Shown here: in pieces, positions 27,096 through 36,811 of the stretch
How the letters are laid out: each line of letters starts with the position of its first letter
How positions within the stretch are numbered: the first letter of the stretch is position 1
Source: Thaumarchaeota archaeon UBA141
GTDB taxonomy: Archaea; Thermoproteota; Nitrososphaeria; Nitrososphaerales; UBA141
Reading direction: 5' to 3'
Assembly (NCBI GenBank): GCA_002495315.1
Contig: DAEN01000040.1
Coordinates: 1-49,552 of the forward strand
Length of the DNA stretch: 49,552 nucleotides
Translations under genes and position numbers: made by a program
Notes under the pieces: generated by a model
Told to the model about the DNA's origin: nothing
Seen by the model: the letters and a program-made list of their open reading frames with translations, nothing else
Database searches by the model: none

Positions 27096-27476
27096 TTAGC
27101 TAACGGAACTCATAGTACGTTCAAGAACGTCTCTGGCCTCAACTAGACGTTCATGGCCTACCTCACCCGTCCTCAACATGACGAGAGTGTTTCCTATCTC
27201 TACGAGACGTTCAAGCATGTCTGACGGTAGTAGACCAAGGTACTGTAATAAGAGAACGTCATATATGGCCTTGTGAGCATTCTCACGTGCTTGGTGCAAC
27301 GTCCTTGAAAACGATCCTTTACTTACGGGCTTATCATCACGCATAGACGCACCCTCGCTAATTGCTCGAATACCGCTCTTGGAAAGAAGCCAGCTATCTA
27401 GCTGTACGCGCGATATACGCGATTCCCTTATTAAAAACAGACCCAGGGGATCGTCTTGCAATTCTTTGGACAACAA
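27096..27476 (-). CDS. Hypothetical HTH-containing protein
   Basis: HTH-like 'ISEGASMRDDKPVSKGSFSRTLHQARENA' followed by helical 'IYDVLLLQYLGLL'. Confidence 0.65.
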   Translation of the reverse strand: MLSKELQDDPLGLFLIRESRISRVQLDSWLLSKSGIRAISEGASMRDDKPVSKGSFSRTLHQARENAHKAIYDVLLLQYLGLLPSDMLERLVEIGNTLVMLRTGEVGHERLVEARDVLERTMSSVS

Positions 27477-27650
27477 TTATACCGCGCTAGCGTAATACAC
27501 TTTTGTATATTAGCTTCTCTGTTCGCCAAACCTAAAATAGGACTCATTTATGCTATCTATCTTACTCTTTTTTAATAAAATAACACAGGAATTTTACTAT
27601 AGAGACCCATGGCACTTATTAGCCCGCACGCAACAAACTCTCTGATTGAT

Positions 27651-27911
27651 ATGGGTAGACGCCATCGTAGGCTTATTCGGCCTATAAGGAAAACCCTACC
27701 AAAAGTTTTTAGCTGTCCGAGATGCGGCGTTCCCTCAATTAGAATTTCCAATAACGATAACACAAAGTCGGAAACGGAAAGCACCTCAACTACCGTTGTT
27801 TGCGGATCTTGCGGACTAAACCACGAGGCCCCAACATCTCTTAAACAAGAACCAGTTGACGTTTACAATCATTTTGTTGACGAATACATGGCAGGCAAAA
27901 TAGGCGCATGA
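27651..27911 (+). CDS. elf1: Transcription elongation factor Elf1
   Basis: 'MGRR...LPKVFSCPRCG...CGSCG...EPVDVYNHFVD'. The ATG at 27651 matches the family N-terminus. Confidence 0.9.
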   Translation: MGRRHRRLIRPIRKTLPKVFSCPRCGVPSIRISNNDNTKSETESTSTTVVCGSCGLNHEAPTSLKQEPVDVYNHFVDEYMAGKIGA

Positions 27912-28675
27912 TAGGGCCTGTCGAGAAACAACTACGACGTGATATCACAAAGCTAGGTACGTTGTGCTTCGGACTTATAGATTCACAAGGACTAACACCA
28001 AGCTCTGCAGCACGCACAGCTGAAACATGTCAACAATGCGGTGTGTCTGCAATACTCGTGGGGGGTTCCACCGCAATAGATCAACTAGAAGTTCATTCAA
28101 TAGTAAAATCAATCAAAAAATCAGTCACAATACCAGTTATCTTGTTTTGTGGAAACGTGACCGGCATCTCACCCGATGCTGACGCCATTCTCTTTAGTTC
28201 TTTACTAAACTCAGACAACCCTTACTTCATTACACAGGCCCAGGCCCTTGGAGCACTAGCCATTCGAAAATATCAACTTGAGGCCATTCCACTAGCATAT
28301 CTTGTCATAGGTGATGGTGGGAGTGTGGGATTTGTTGGTCGCACCAGAGGAATTCCACCGAAAAAACCGGCCCTAGCTAGCATGTACGCACTAGCTGCAC
28401 AATACATGGGTATGCGTTCGGTGTACCTGGAAGGCGGTTCCGGTGTGACATCACACGTACCAGCAGACCTCGTCTCCCTGGTGAGGTCATTATATGATGG
28501 AACCATTTTTGTAGGGGGTGGCATTCGTACCTTGACACAAGCAACAACACTTGCTAAAGCAGGGGCCGATATTCTGGTAATTGGATCTTTACTTGAGGAA
28601 GAAGGTTTTGACTCCACTCTAAAACAAATTGTCCGTAAAGTTCAACCTCCAAAAGGCAGGAGTCGTACAGGCTAG
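27908..28675 (+). CDS. Geranylgeranylglyceryl phosphate synthase (GGGPS, PcrB family)
   Basis: 'ILVGGST', 'PVILF', 'SLLNS' , 'YLEGGSG' and 'VGGGIR'. Confidence 0.93.
   Translation: MIGPVEKQLRRDITKLGTLCFGLIDSQGLTPSSAARTAETCQQCGVSAILVGGSTAIDQLEVHSIVKSIKKSVTIPVILFCGNVTGISPDADAILFSSLLNSDNPYFITQAQALGALAIRKYQLEAIPLAYLVIGDGGSVGFVGRTRGIPPKKPALASMYALAAQYMGMRSVYLEGGSGVTSHVPADLVSLVRSLYDGTIFVGGGIRTLTQATTLAKAGADILVIGSLLEEEGFDSTLKQIVRKVQPPKGRSRTG
27938..27949. repeat. Origin-proximal palindrome copy 2 (CGTGATATCACA)
   Basis: Within the 5' end of GGGPS. Confidence 0.5.
28443..28456. repeat. Origin-proximal palindrome copy 3 (GTGTGACATCACAC)
   Basis: 6-bp arms around CA, within GGGPS. Confidence 0.5.
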
Positions 28676-28748
28676 ATGTACCCGACTCAACTTAGATACA
28701 TGTGTTACCTAACAGCAATAAACTCTCAATAAACGTGATGCAACGAAC

Positions 28749-31700
28749 GTGACGTCGTTAGAGATGGAGGAAGCCAAAAGTAAACTCTCCAACCTACCCG
28801 GAGCTACGACAGAGTATTTGCAACACATGGATCATATTCTATCTAATCTTTGCCAACAAATGGAGACGAGTAAAAAGGCACGAGCACAAGGAATGGATCC
28901 CATACCAAAAATAGAAATTCAGATTGCAGACGACCTTGCGGATCGCGTCGAACAGCTATTGAGCATACCAGTAGCAAAGAGGATTCGGGATGTCTCCAAG
29001 ACGCAAGGAACCGAACGCACCGCTTTGATAATAGCAGAAGAGATAGCTTTGGGCAGATTTGGATACTACGAAAAGAGAGAAGCGTTAGATCTAGCTATAC
29101 GAGTTGGACTAGCAATCATCACAGACGGAGTTACGGTTGCCCCACTACAGGGAATATCTACAATTGAGATCAAGAAGAACGAAGACGGATCAGAATATCC
29201 AGCAATCCTCTTTGCTGGACCTATGCGTTCTGCAGGAGGAACAGAAGCCGCTCTCACACTAGTGATTGCAGACCACGTTCGTCAAACACTAGGACTTGGG
29301 ACCTACCATCCAAACATTAGAGAAGAAGACGAAGTAGGACGTTTTATTGAAGAACTGCGCGTCTACGAACGAGAGGTCGGAAATTTCCAATATAAGGTCT
29401 CAGACGAAGACATAGAACACACGCTCCTTCATTTACCCATAGAAATCGATGGTGTAGAGACGGATCCGATTGAGGTTACAGTTCACCGTTCATTGAGTCG
29501 AATCGCTACCGATTGCGTTCGAGGCGGTGCTTTACGAGTTCTAAACGATGGAATAATAGGACGATGTCAAAAACTTCTGAAAGTCCTACAAAATCTGGGA
29601 ATAAACAAATGGGAATGGCTTGCCGACCTGAAAGGAGGAACGCAACAAGGAACGGACGAGACGCAGGCGAGCAGCTCTCATTTTGAGGAAGTAATCTCGG
29701 GGCGGCCCGTTCTCTCATTCCCCCGAAAATCTGGTGGCTTTCGACTTAGATATGGACGTGCGCGTAATACGGGACTAGCAACTATAGGTGTGCACCCAGC
29801 TCTGGCCGTTCTCCTTAACCACCCGTTTGTCGTAGGGACGCAAGTTAAGCTTGATATGCCCGGCAAAGCCGGAACAATCGCATTCGTTGATAGCATCGAG
29901 CCACCAATAGTGAAACTAAACGACGACTCGGTGGTAAAAGTCGATACCGTTCATAATGCAAGAGCACTTCGCAGTGATTTGAAACAAGTCCTTTACCTCG
30001 GCGACATTCTAATCAGCTATGGAGACTTTCTAGAGAATAACGCAACACTGCCACCGTCAGGCTATGTAGAAGAATGGTGGGTTTCGCATCTAGAATCTGA
30101 ATTATCAGGTCGATATGAGTCACTCGAATCTTGCGCAGAAGATCTAGGGGTACCCGCACCGCGATTACATGAACTCTTAAACAACTTTCTAGCTTCTTTT
30201 CCTACACCAGCTGAAGCATTCAACATCTCAGAGAAGCTCACGATACCACTTCACCCTCGGTATCTCTTTTATTGGGATACCATTACACCATCAGAGATTC
30301 TTGCACTACGAGAAAAATTAACCATAAATTCTCTAGAGCTAGACGACTGTACCATCACTAGTACTCTCGACCAAAAAGAGCTTCTAGAACAGCTGGGAAT
30401 ACCTCATAAAATAGATGCCGACAAACTCGTTCTAGAAGGATCAACAGCATACGTGGTCCTGATGACTCTTGGACTTTCACGACGACGAGTTCCTCCTGAG
30501 TGGACTGACACATGCACATTACTTTCTCAACTCTCAGGAGTAATTATCAAGAAAAAGACATCGGCCTTCGTCGGGTTACGCATGGGGCGCCCTGAGAAGG
30601 CAATGCCGCGTCACATGAAACCCCCCGTACACGTTCTTTTTCCAATCGGGAATGAAGGGGGCTTATCACGTGATATCACAAAGGCCGCAAATAGTGATAA
30701 TGTAGATATTGAAATAGTAAATCTGGTCTGCGACCACTGCCACAATCCAACTTACGGTTTCCAATGTCATGAATGTCTTGGAAAGTCTACAATTCAGAAG
30801 GCCTGTCCCACCTGTAAAAGATCTACGGAAACAGCAAACTGTCCATCTTGTAAAATTCCTACAACTGCATACTCCACTAGACCCTTCCCTCTCAAAGCCA
30901 CCCTTGAACGCGCTACTCTTGCTGTTCAACATATACCCACGAGTCCACTGAAGGGAGTTATTGGCTTGACAAACGCTCTACGCATACCCGAAAGACTAGA
31001 AAAAGGAATTTTGAGACATAAACACAATCTTTCCGTCTATAAAGACGGAACTGTCCGGTTTGACGCTACGAATGTTCCACTAACACATTTTAAACCAGAG
31101 GAAATTGGCATCACAATAGAACAACTCCATAACTTAGGTTATACAGAAGACGCCAGCGGAAAAGAACTCACGTCACCAAACCAGCTAGTCAGACTATTTG
31201 TTCAAGACGTGATTATTTCGGTCGAAGCTCGACGTTATTTTTTTGAGGTAACAAAGTTTGTAGATGAACTACTCGTATCAGTATATCATCAAGAACCACA
31301 CTATAATCTTAAACGGCATGACGATCTCATTGGACAACTCATTGTAGGCTTAGCTCCACACACATCCGTGGGCATCGTCGGCAGAGTAGTGGGTTTTACA
31401 GAATCCCAGGTCTGTTATGCTCACCCACTTTGGCACTCTGCAAAACGTCGAGATTGCGACGGAGACGGGGATAGCATAATTTTGTTGCTTGACGCATTGC
31501 TAAATTTTTCCAAGGAACTTTTACCGACTAGGATAGGGGGACTGATGGATGCGCCGCTTCTTCTTCAACCCACTGTTATACCCACTGAGGTTCAACGTCA
31601 AGCTCATAATGTGGATATTGCGAAAAGGTATCCTCTAAATTTTTATGAGAAACTCTCAACTGAGGAAGTCAAACCAAGCAACATTCCTAAACTAATTCCA

Positions 31701-32222
31701 ACCGTCAAAGATCGATTAGCTACATCTGAGCAGTTCACAGCATATTATTTTACACATACAACAGAAAGAATAGTGGGAGAAGCACACAGAGCTTCCTATT
31801 CAACACTAAAGACCCTTAATGAAAAACTTGACCGACAAATTTACCTTGCACGACTCATAAGAGCAGTTAATCCAGACGAAGTTGTTACTTCGGTTCTCAA
31901 AACCCATCTCCTGCCCGACATTCTAGGGAACATGAGAGCCTACGGCTCTCAGACCTTCCGCTGCAAGAACTGCAGTCAACACTATAGACGTTATCCTCTC
32001 AAGGGCGTCTGTCTCTCCTGTGGTGGTCTTTTGCAGGGTGCAGTGACTAGACGTAGTGTAGAAAAATATTTGGTATTAGCAACAAAACTATCTCGACGCT
32101 TTTCTGTAGGGGAATATCTCCGCAGCAGAATAGAAGTAGCTAAAGAAGAACTTCTCGTCCTATTTCCTCAGACAGAGAGTACCACACAAACAGAGCTAAC
32201 AGACTTTCATGAATCAGATTGA
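28749..32222 (+). CDS. polD2: DNA polymerase D large (catalytic) subunit DP2
   Basis: 'FAGPMRSAGGT', 'GGFRLRYGRARNTG', catalytic 'RRDCDGDGD' and Zn-finger clusters. 1157 aa, no intein seen. Confidence 0.97.
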   Translation: MTSLEMEEAKSKLSNLPGATTEYLQHMDHILSNLCQQMETSKKARAQGMDPIPKIEIQIADDLADRVEQLLSIPVAKRIRDVSKTQGTERTALIIAEEIALGRFGYYEKREALDLAIRVGLAIITDGVTVAPLQGISTIEIKKNEDGSEYPAILFAGPMRSAGGTEAALTLVIADHVRQTLGLGTYHPNIREEDEVGRFIEELRVYEREVGNFQYKVSDEDIEHTLLHLPIEIDGVETDPIEVTVHRSLSRIATDCVRGGALRVLNDGIIGRCQKLLKVLQNLGINKWEWLADLKGGTQQGTDETQASSSHFEEVISGRPVLSFPRKSGGFRLRYGRARNTGLATIGVHPALAVLLNHPFVVGTQVKLDMPGKAGTIAFVDSIEPPIVKLNDDSVVKVDTVHNARALRSDLKQVLYLGDILISYGDFLENNATLPPSGYVEEWWVSHLESELSGRYESLESCAEDLGVPAPRLHELLNNFLASFPTPAEAFNISEKLTIPLHPRYLFYWDTITPSEILALREKLTINSLELDDCTITSTLDQKELLEQLGIPHKIDADKLVLEGSTAYVVLMTLGLSRRRVPPEWTDTCTLLSQLSGVIIKKKTSAFVGLRMGRPEKAMPRHMKPPVHVLFPIGNEGGLSRDITKAANSDNVDIEIVNLVCDHCHNPTYGFQCHECLGKSTIQKACPTCKRSTETANCPSCKIPTTAYSTRPFPLKATLERATLAVQHIPTSPLKGVIGLTNALRIPERLEKGILRHKHNLSVYKDGTVRFDATNVPLTHFKPEEIGITIEQLHNLGYTEDASGKELTSPNQLVRLFVQDVIISVEARRYFFEVTKFVDELLVSVYHQEPHYNLKRHDDLIGQLIVGLAPHTSVGIVGRVVGFTESQVCYAHPLWHSAKRRDCDGDGDSIILLLDALLNFSKELLPTRIGGLMDAPLLLQPTVIPTEVQRQAHNVDIAKRYPLNFYEKLSTEEVKPSNIPKLIPTVKDRLATSEQFTAYYFTHTTERIVGEAHRASYSTLKTLNEKLDRQIYLARLIRAVNPDEVVTSVLKTHLLPDILGNMRAYGSQTFRCKNCSQHYRRYPLKGVCLSCGGLLQGAVTRRSVEKYLVLATKLSRRFSVGEYLRSRIEVAKEELLVLFPQTESTTQTELTDFHESD
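30669..30680. repeat. Origin-proximal palindrome copy 4 (CGTGATATCACA)
   Basis: Within DP2. The 16-mer ACGTGATATCACAAAG is identical to 27937-27952. Confidence 0.45.
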
Positions 32223-32290
32223 GTAAACCACTGAAAAAATACTAACTAGTAAAACGCTTCTTCATCTACGAGTGAGCTGGATGTCTCTTA

Positions 32291-33019
32291 TTAGATCTCC
32301 ATCACATCAAGATCCTGAGGAAAAACTGTTTCAGAAAAGACCTTTAGAATCTCGGCAACCAATTCGTTAGACAACACGGGACGGTGTACAAGTATGAGTT
32401 TTCCTACTTTTGCTTCCGCGGCCGTTTTGGCTGCTTGAAGTGGTGTAGAATGACCATACTGTCTAGCTCTTTCCTGATCAAGCTCAGCGGCCTCATGAAT
32501 AAGGTAGTCTGCACCTCTGGCAAAATCCACCAGATCTTTACCTGTGGAAGTATCTCCAGTATAAACAAACGTCTTTCCTTCTACCTCAAGACGATAACAA
32601 ACTCCAGGTACTGTATGCTTAGCAGGAATGCTAGTCACTGTAAAAGGAAAGGCCTTCTCTTCTGAGACGATCTCGTAGACACCCGCGGGATCCGTTGCTC
32701 CATAGAACAGATGATAGCTAGTTCGAATAAATTCATCTAACGCTGAAGGACCAACTATTTGTATAGCTCTCTTATTACGTTCTCGAAAAAGCAGATCCAA
32801 TAGAACAAAGGGCAGACCTCCAGCATGATCACCATGAAGATGGCTAATTAGGATGGAACGAACATCTACAATCTTATGACCCAACCTGTGCAGGTTGTAT
32901 ATGGTCTGAGGACCACAATCCAACAGAACACGACCATTTGCGCTCTCTATCATTACTGACATATTCGCTCTTCCCTCCGTACAGAAAGCATCGCCAGTAC
33001 CAAGGAATACTACTCTCAC
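32291..33019 (-). CDS. MBL-fold metallo-hydrolase (RNase Z-like)
   Basis: 'FLGTG', 'LLDCG', 'SHLHGDH', 'YTGDT', 'HEA' and 'GHST'. Confidence 0.85.
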   Translation of the reverse strand: MRVVFLGTGDAFCTEGRANMSVMIESANGRVLLDCGPQTIYNLHRLGHKIVDVRSILISHLHGDHAGGLPFVLLDLLFRERNKRAIQIVGPSALDEFIRTSYHLFYGATDPAGVYEIVSEEKAFPFTVTSIPAKHTVPGVCYRLEVEGKTFVYTGDTSTGKDLVDFARGADYLIHEAAELDQERARQYGHSTPLQAAKTAAEAKVGKLILVHRPVLSNELVAEILKVFSETVFPQDLDVMEI

Positions 33020-33108
33020 GATATCAACAACTCCGTCTATGGCTAACAGTAGCTAGTAGAACACAAAGCACATAAGAAGTAACTGAGAAAAAAGACCAAA
33101 AACAACAC

Positions 33109-34425
33109 CTATCGTATCCTGATATACTTGTACGCCTCTTCTTTCGTATCAAAGGCAAAGTGAATTTTTTGGTAGCTTTCCCTGAATGTCTTGACGTCTT
33201 TCTTTACGATCTTCGCTTTCTCATGTTTTAGGACTACTCGTCCGATAAACTCTGCTATTTCCTTCATCTCCAACTCTTTCATTCCTAGACGCGTAACTTC
33301 CTGAGTTCCTATTCGTATTCCTCCAGGGTGTAAGTAATGACGACCAGCTGAGATGTCACCAGGGATGAGCTGCCTGTTGACTATAACATTCGCCCGTTCA
33401 AGCTCTTTCTCGAAGGATCCTCCATCACCCTGTGTTGTCACATCCATTACCACCTGGTGTGAAGAAGTGAACCCATTCTTCTCGCCCAGAACCCGTATTC
33501 CCATATTGTGTAGGGACGATGCCAGCTCCTTGGCGTTTCTTATTACCTGTCTTGCGTATTCACTTCCAAATCTAAGAGTTTCAGCTAAAGCTACAGCTTT
33601 ACCTGCTACCGTATGCAAATGATGATTACTAGTATTACCCGGAAAAACCGCCTTCTTAATTTCTTCCGAATACTTGTCGCGACTCAAAACAATACCCCCC
33701 TGGGGTCCAAAAAACGTCTTGTGGGTACTCAACGTCATTACCTCTGCACCCTCTCGCAAGGGATCCTGGAATTGTCCTCCAGCAATCAGTCCAGAAACAT
33801 GTGCTGAATCATAACAGACGAGTATATCATAGCTCTTAAGGAAATCTACAAGTTCTCTAATGGGTTGTGGAAAGAGAAAAAGACTACCGCCAAACATCGC
33901 CATCTTCGGAGACTTTCCATCATCAATCAACTTCTTTATCTTCGTCTTTGTCTTCTCCACGTCAATATTCATCTCCACGGAATCAAACGCAAAATATTCA
34001 ATTTGTAGGCCGTGAACAAGACCTGCAGTACCAGAAAAATTCATCCTACCAGACGAAATATGTCCTCCATTTGGGATTGCCAGGGCTAACATCAAATCTC
34101 CCGGTGTTGTAAAAGCAGAGTAGACTGAGAGATTTGCACAAACACCCGAAATTGGACGCACGTCAGCGAATTCAGCTTTGAAAACCCGCCTAGCCAAATC
34201 AGCACATAGTGTTTCTACTTCATCGATGTAAGTACATCCTGCATATACTCTTTGTCCAGGCCAACCCTCGGCATATCGATTTCCAAAATCAGAAACTATG
34301 GCTTCCCGTACTGCAGGACTTGGTACGTTCTCTGAAGCTATGAGCGGAAGATTTTCTCTAAACCAACTATGGTGCCGTTCAAGTAGATCGAAGATTTTCC
34401 CATAACTATCTTTTGCTATTGGCAA
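33109..34425 (-). CDS. glyA: Serine hydroxymethyltransferase (archaeal type)
   Basis: 'LIASEN', 'RYAEG', 'GGHISS', 'STHKTFFGPQGG' and 'GIRIGTQEVTR'. Confidence 0.96.
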   Translation of the reverse strand: MPIAKDSYGKIFDLLERHHSWFRENLPLIASENVPSPAVREAIVSDFGNRYAEGWPGQRVYAGCTYIDEVETLCADLARRVFKAEFADVRPISGVCANLSVYSAFTTPGDLMLALAIPNGGHISSGRMNFSGTAGLVHGLQIEYFAFDSVEMNIDVEKTKTKIKKLIDDGKSPKMAMFGGSLFLFPQPIRELVDFLKSYDILVCYDSAHVSGLIAGGQFQDPLREGAEVMTLSTHKTFFGPQGGIVLSRDKYSEEIKKAVFPGNTSNHHLHTVAGKAVALAETLRFGSEYARQVIRNAKELASSLHNMGIRVLGEKNGFTSSHQVVMDVTTQGDGGSFEKELERANVIVNRQLIPGDISAGRHYLHPGGIRIGTQEVTRLGMKELEMKEIAEFIGRVVLKHEKAKIVKKDVKTFRESYQKIHFAFDTKEEAYKYIRIR

Positions 34426-34541
34426 TCGTATTGCACCGATCTCTAACTATCGAATAACATTCTAGCACTTTTGTAAACCTTTGGTGCTTCTATCTAAGAC
34501 AGAGACGCGATACAAATAATCTCAAAACAAACACCAACAAC

Positions 34542-35630
34542 TTAATCCTCTCCAGTCATTTCCTTTGATAACTGTTGTACAAGTTGTCGCTGACGTCCAT
34601 TCAACTTGGTAGGAATCGCAACAGTGACGTACACCAACTCGTCTCCTCTACCACGACCGCGTGCACTGGGTAGTCCTTTGCCCTTGAGCCGGAAAACAGT
34701 ACCATTTTGAGTGCCTGAAGGAATCTTTAGACGCGCCTCATCCTCCAGAACAGGGATACGTACCTCTGCTCCTAATGTTACTTGTGGAAACCCGAGCTTA
34801 GCTTCATAGATTAGATGATCTCCTTCACGACGAAAAAGAGGATGAGGTTTCACATGAACAACGATATACAAATCTCCTGGTACACCCCGACCTTCTCCGA
34901 TTTCTCCTTCTCTTGGCATCCTCAAAGCAGATCCATCTTCAGCTCCAGGAGGAATACTAATTTTTAGCTGGCGCGATACTTTGACTGCTCCACCTCCACG
35001 ACAGTTCTTACATAACTTTTCAATAACAACACCCTTTCCTCTACACCTTCCACAAGTTTCATACGTAATCATCATAGCAAAACCAGCCGATCGAGCAGCT
35101 CGAACTTGACCAGAACCACGACATTGCGAACACGTCTCTGATCTAGTCCCAGGCTCTGCACCCCCTCCACTACAAGTGGGACAGCGTTCTTGTCGTCTGA
35201 CCTCAATTTCACGTGATATACCATGAAAAACTTCTTCCAATGTGAGCTCAATATCATAACGAAGATCGCGCCCTGGTGCTGCTTCATATCCAGCTCTCCC
35301 ACTTCTTCCAAAAAATGCATCAAATATTCCTCCAAACCCAATATCCCGAAAAACGTCCTGAAAGTTAGCACTACGAAAAATATCTTCTGTACTGTACTTG
35401 GAACCTATTCCTTCATGACCAAAGCGATCGTACTGTGATTTCTTAACATCATCAGAAAGGACAGCATAAGCCTCAGAGACTTCTTTGAATATTTCTTCGG
35501 CTCCTGCGCTCTTGTTTCGATCGGGATGGTATTGTAAGGCAAGTTTGCGGTAAGCCTGCTTTATCTTATCCCCTGATGCACCTCGCTCAAGGCCTAGAAC
35601 CTCATAATAATCGCGTTTCCCAGCAGCCAC
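34542..35630 (-). CDS. dnaJ: Chaperone DnaJ
   Basis: J-domain with HPD, G/F-rich linker and four CxxCxGxG repeats. Confidence 0.97.
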   Translation of the reverse strand: MAAGKRDYYEVLGLERGASGDKIKQAYRKLALQYHPDRNKSAGAEEIFKEVSEAYAVLSDDVKKSQYDRFGHEGIGSKYSTEDIFRSANFQDVFRDIGFGGIFDAFFGRSGRAGYEAAPGRDLRYDIELTLEEVFHGISREIEVRRQERCPTCSGGGAEPGTRSETCSQCRGSGQVRAARSAGFAMMITYETCGRCRGKGVVIEKLCKNCRGGGAVKVSRQLKISIPPGAEDGSALRMPREGEIGEGRGVPGDLYIVVHVKPHPLFRREGDHLIYEAKLGFPQVTLGAEVRIPVLEDEARLKIPSGTQNGTVFRLKGKGLPSARGRGRGDELVYVTVAIPTKLNGRQRQLVQQLSKEMTGED

Positions 35631-35733
35631 GAACTAGAACACCTCTTTAATGAAACGATAGGTAGACATGTAGAACTAACACAAGATAGTTAAAAACTAC
35701 GTACTCCGTTTTTTAAAATTGACGGGACCAAGA

Positions 35734-36369
35734 CTAACTCTCCGACGCATTCTTAGGCTCGACCTCTGGATTTTCGCCTTTCGAGCTAACGCTCACCAAA
35801 CTTGTCCTGAGGACTTTCAGACCGAGCATGTATCCTTTTCTATCTTCACTAAAGACGAGGTTTTCACCTAGGTCGTCGCGATTTGAGAACCGTACCGCTT
35901 CATGCTTAAGCGGATCAAAAGCTTCTCCTACCGCGGTAATCTCTGTCACTCCTATCCTCTCAAGGACTTCTTCGAAATGACGCAAGATCATTTCAAGGCC
36001 TTCAAGAATTGACGTCTTTTCTTGAGATATGCGCGCAACTTCTAGGGCACGCTCGAATTCGTCTTTCAGTGGGAAAATTTCTAGCATTAGCTTTTCATTG
36101 GCTAAACCAGCTCGCAAATCATTCTCTTGCTTTATACGCTTCATGGAATTTTCGAAGTCTGCCTGTAAGCGCTTTAGACGATCCAAATAACCATTCGATT
36201 TCTCTTGTTCTTCCTCTAGTGCCTTTCGTGTTTCTCGTAGCTTTTCTCCGCAGCCTCTCTCTTCCTTTGTTTTTTGCTCAACTACATTCTTACTCCCATT
36301 CATTCCACGCTCAGAGGAATCACGCATATCTTTTTTTGTCCTCTTAACCTTGGGAATTTCTTCATCCAT
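35734..36369 (-). CDS. grpE: Nucleotide exchange factor GrpE
   Basis: 'RLQADFEN..KR', 'FDPLKHEAV' and 'KGYML..VLR..V.V'. The ATG at 36369 is preferred over the TTG at 36402. Confidence 0.92.
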   Translation of the reverse strand: MDEEIPKVKRTKKDMRDSSERGMNGSKNVVEQKTKEERGCGEKLRETRKALEEEQEKSNGYLDRLKRLQADFENSMKRIKQENDLRAGLANEKLMLEIFPLKDEFERALEVARISQEKTSILEGLEMILRHFEEVLERIGVTEITAVGEAFDPLKHEAVRFSNRDDLGENLVFSEDRKGYMLGLKVLRTSLVSVSSKGENPEVEPKNASES

Positions 36370-36811
36370 GACCGTGCATCTCCACACACTAACTTCTAAC
36401 AAAGGACCTTGGGCTAAATTTTACCCATTACTTCCAACATACTAGGCTTCATTTGTAAGCTTTCTGTAACTAATCAGAAACAATTAGAAAATAAGCAAGA
36501 TCATAGATCAACAAAAATTGACTATTAGTCAACATTATTAAACCCCCAAATGAAACAGGTGCGTTAGAGATCGCATGATTACAAAATGCAAGAGGTGTGA
36601 TCAAGACATGATTTGGGTAAGAAGTCGTTACGGGCACTGGGACCCATTCAATGTTAGTGGTTCTCCGCATTTTTGTGAAAACGCTCCAAAAAACCTCTCA
36701 ATCAGATAGGCCTTATTTAGAATCTATAAACGCTGTATTTGTCTTAGTTACAAAGCATAAGTATGCCAATAACTACAAATTCAGTACCGCCAATTAAGGT
36801 GAACATCAATA

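Noticed and set aside
28749-32222. Intein in DP2 (or in Cdc6)
   Set aside because: The lengths are normal, and no splice-junction or homing endonuclease motifs were seen.
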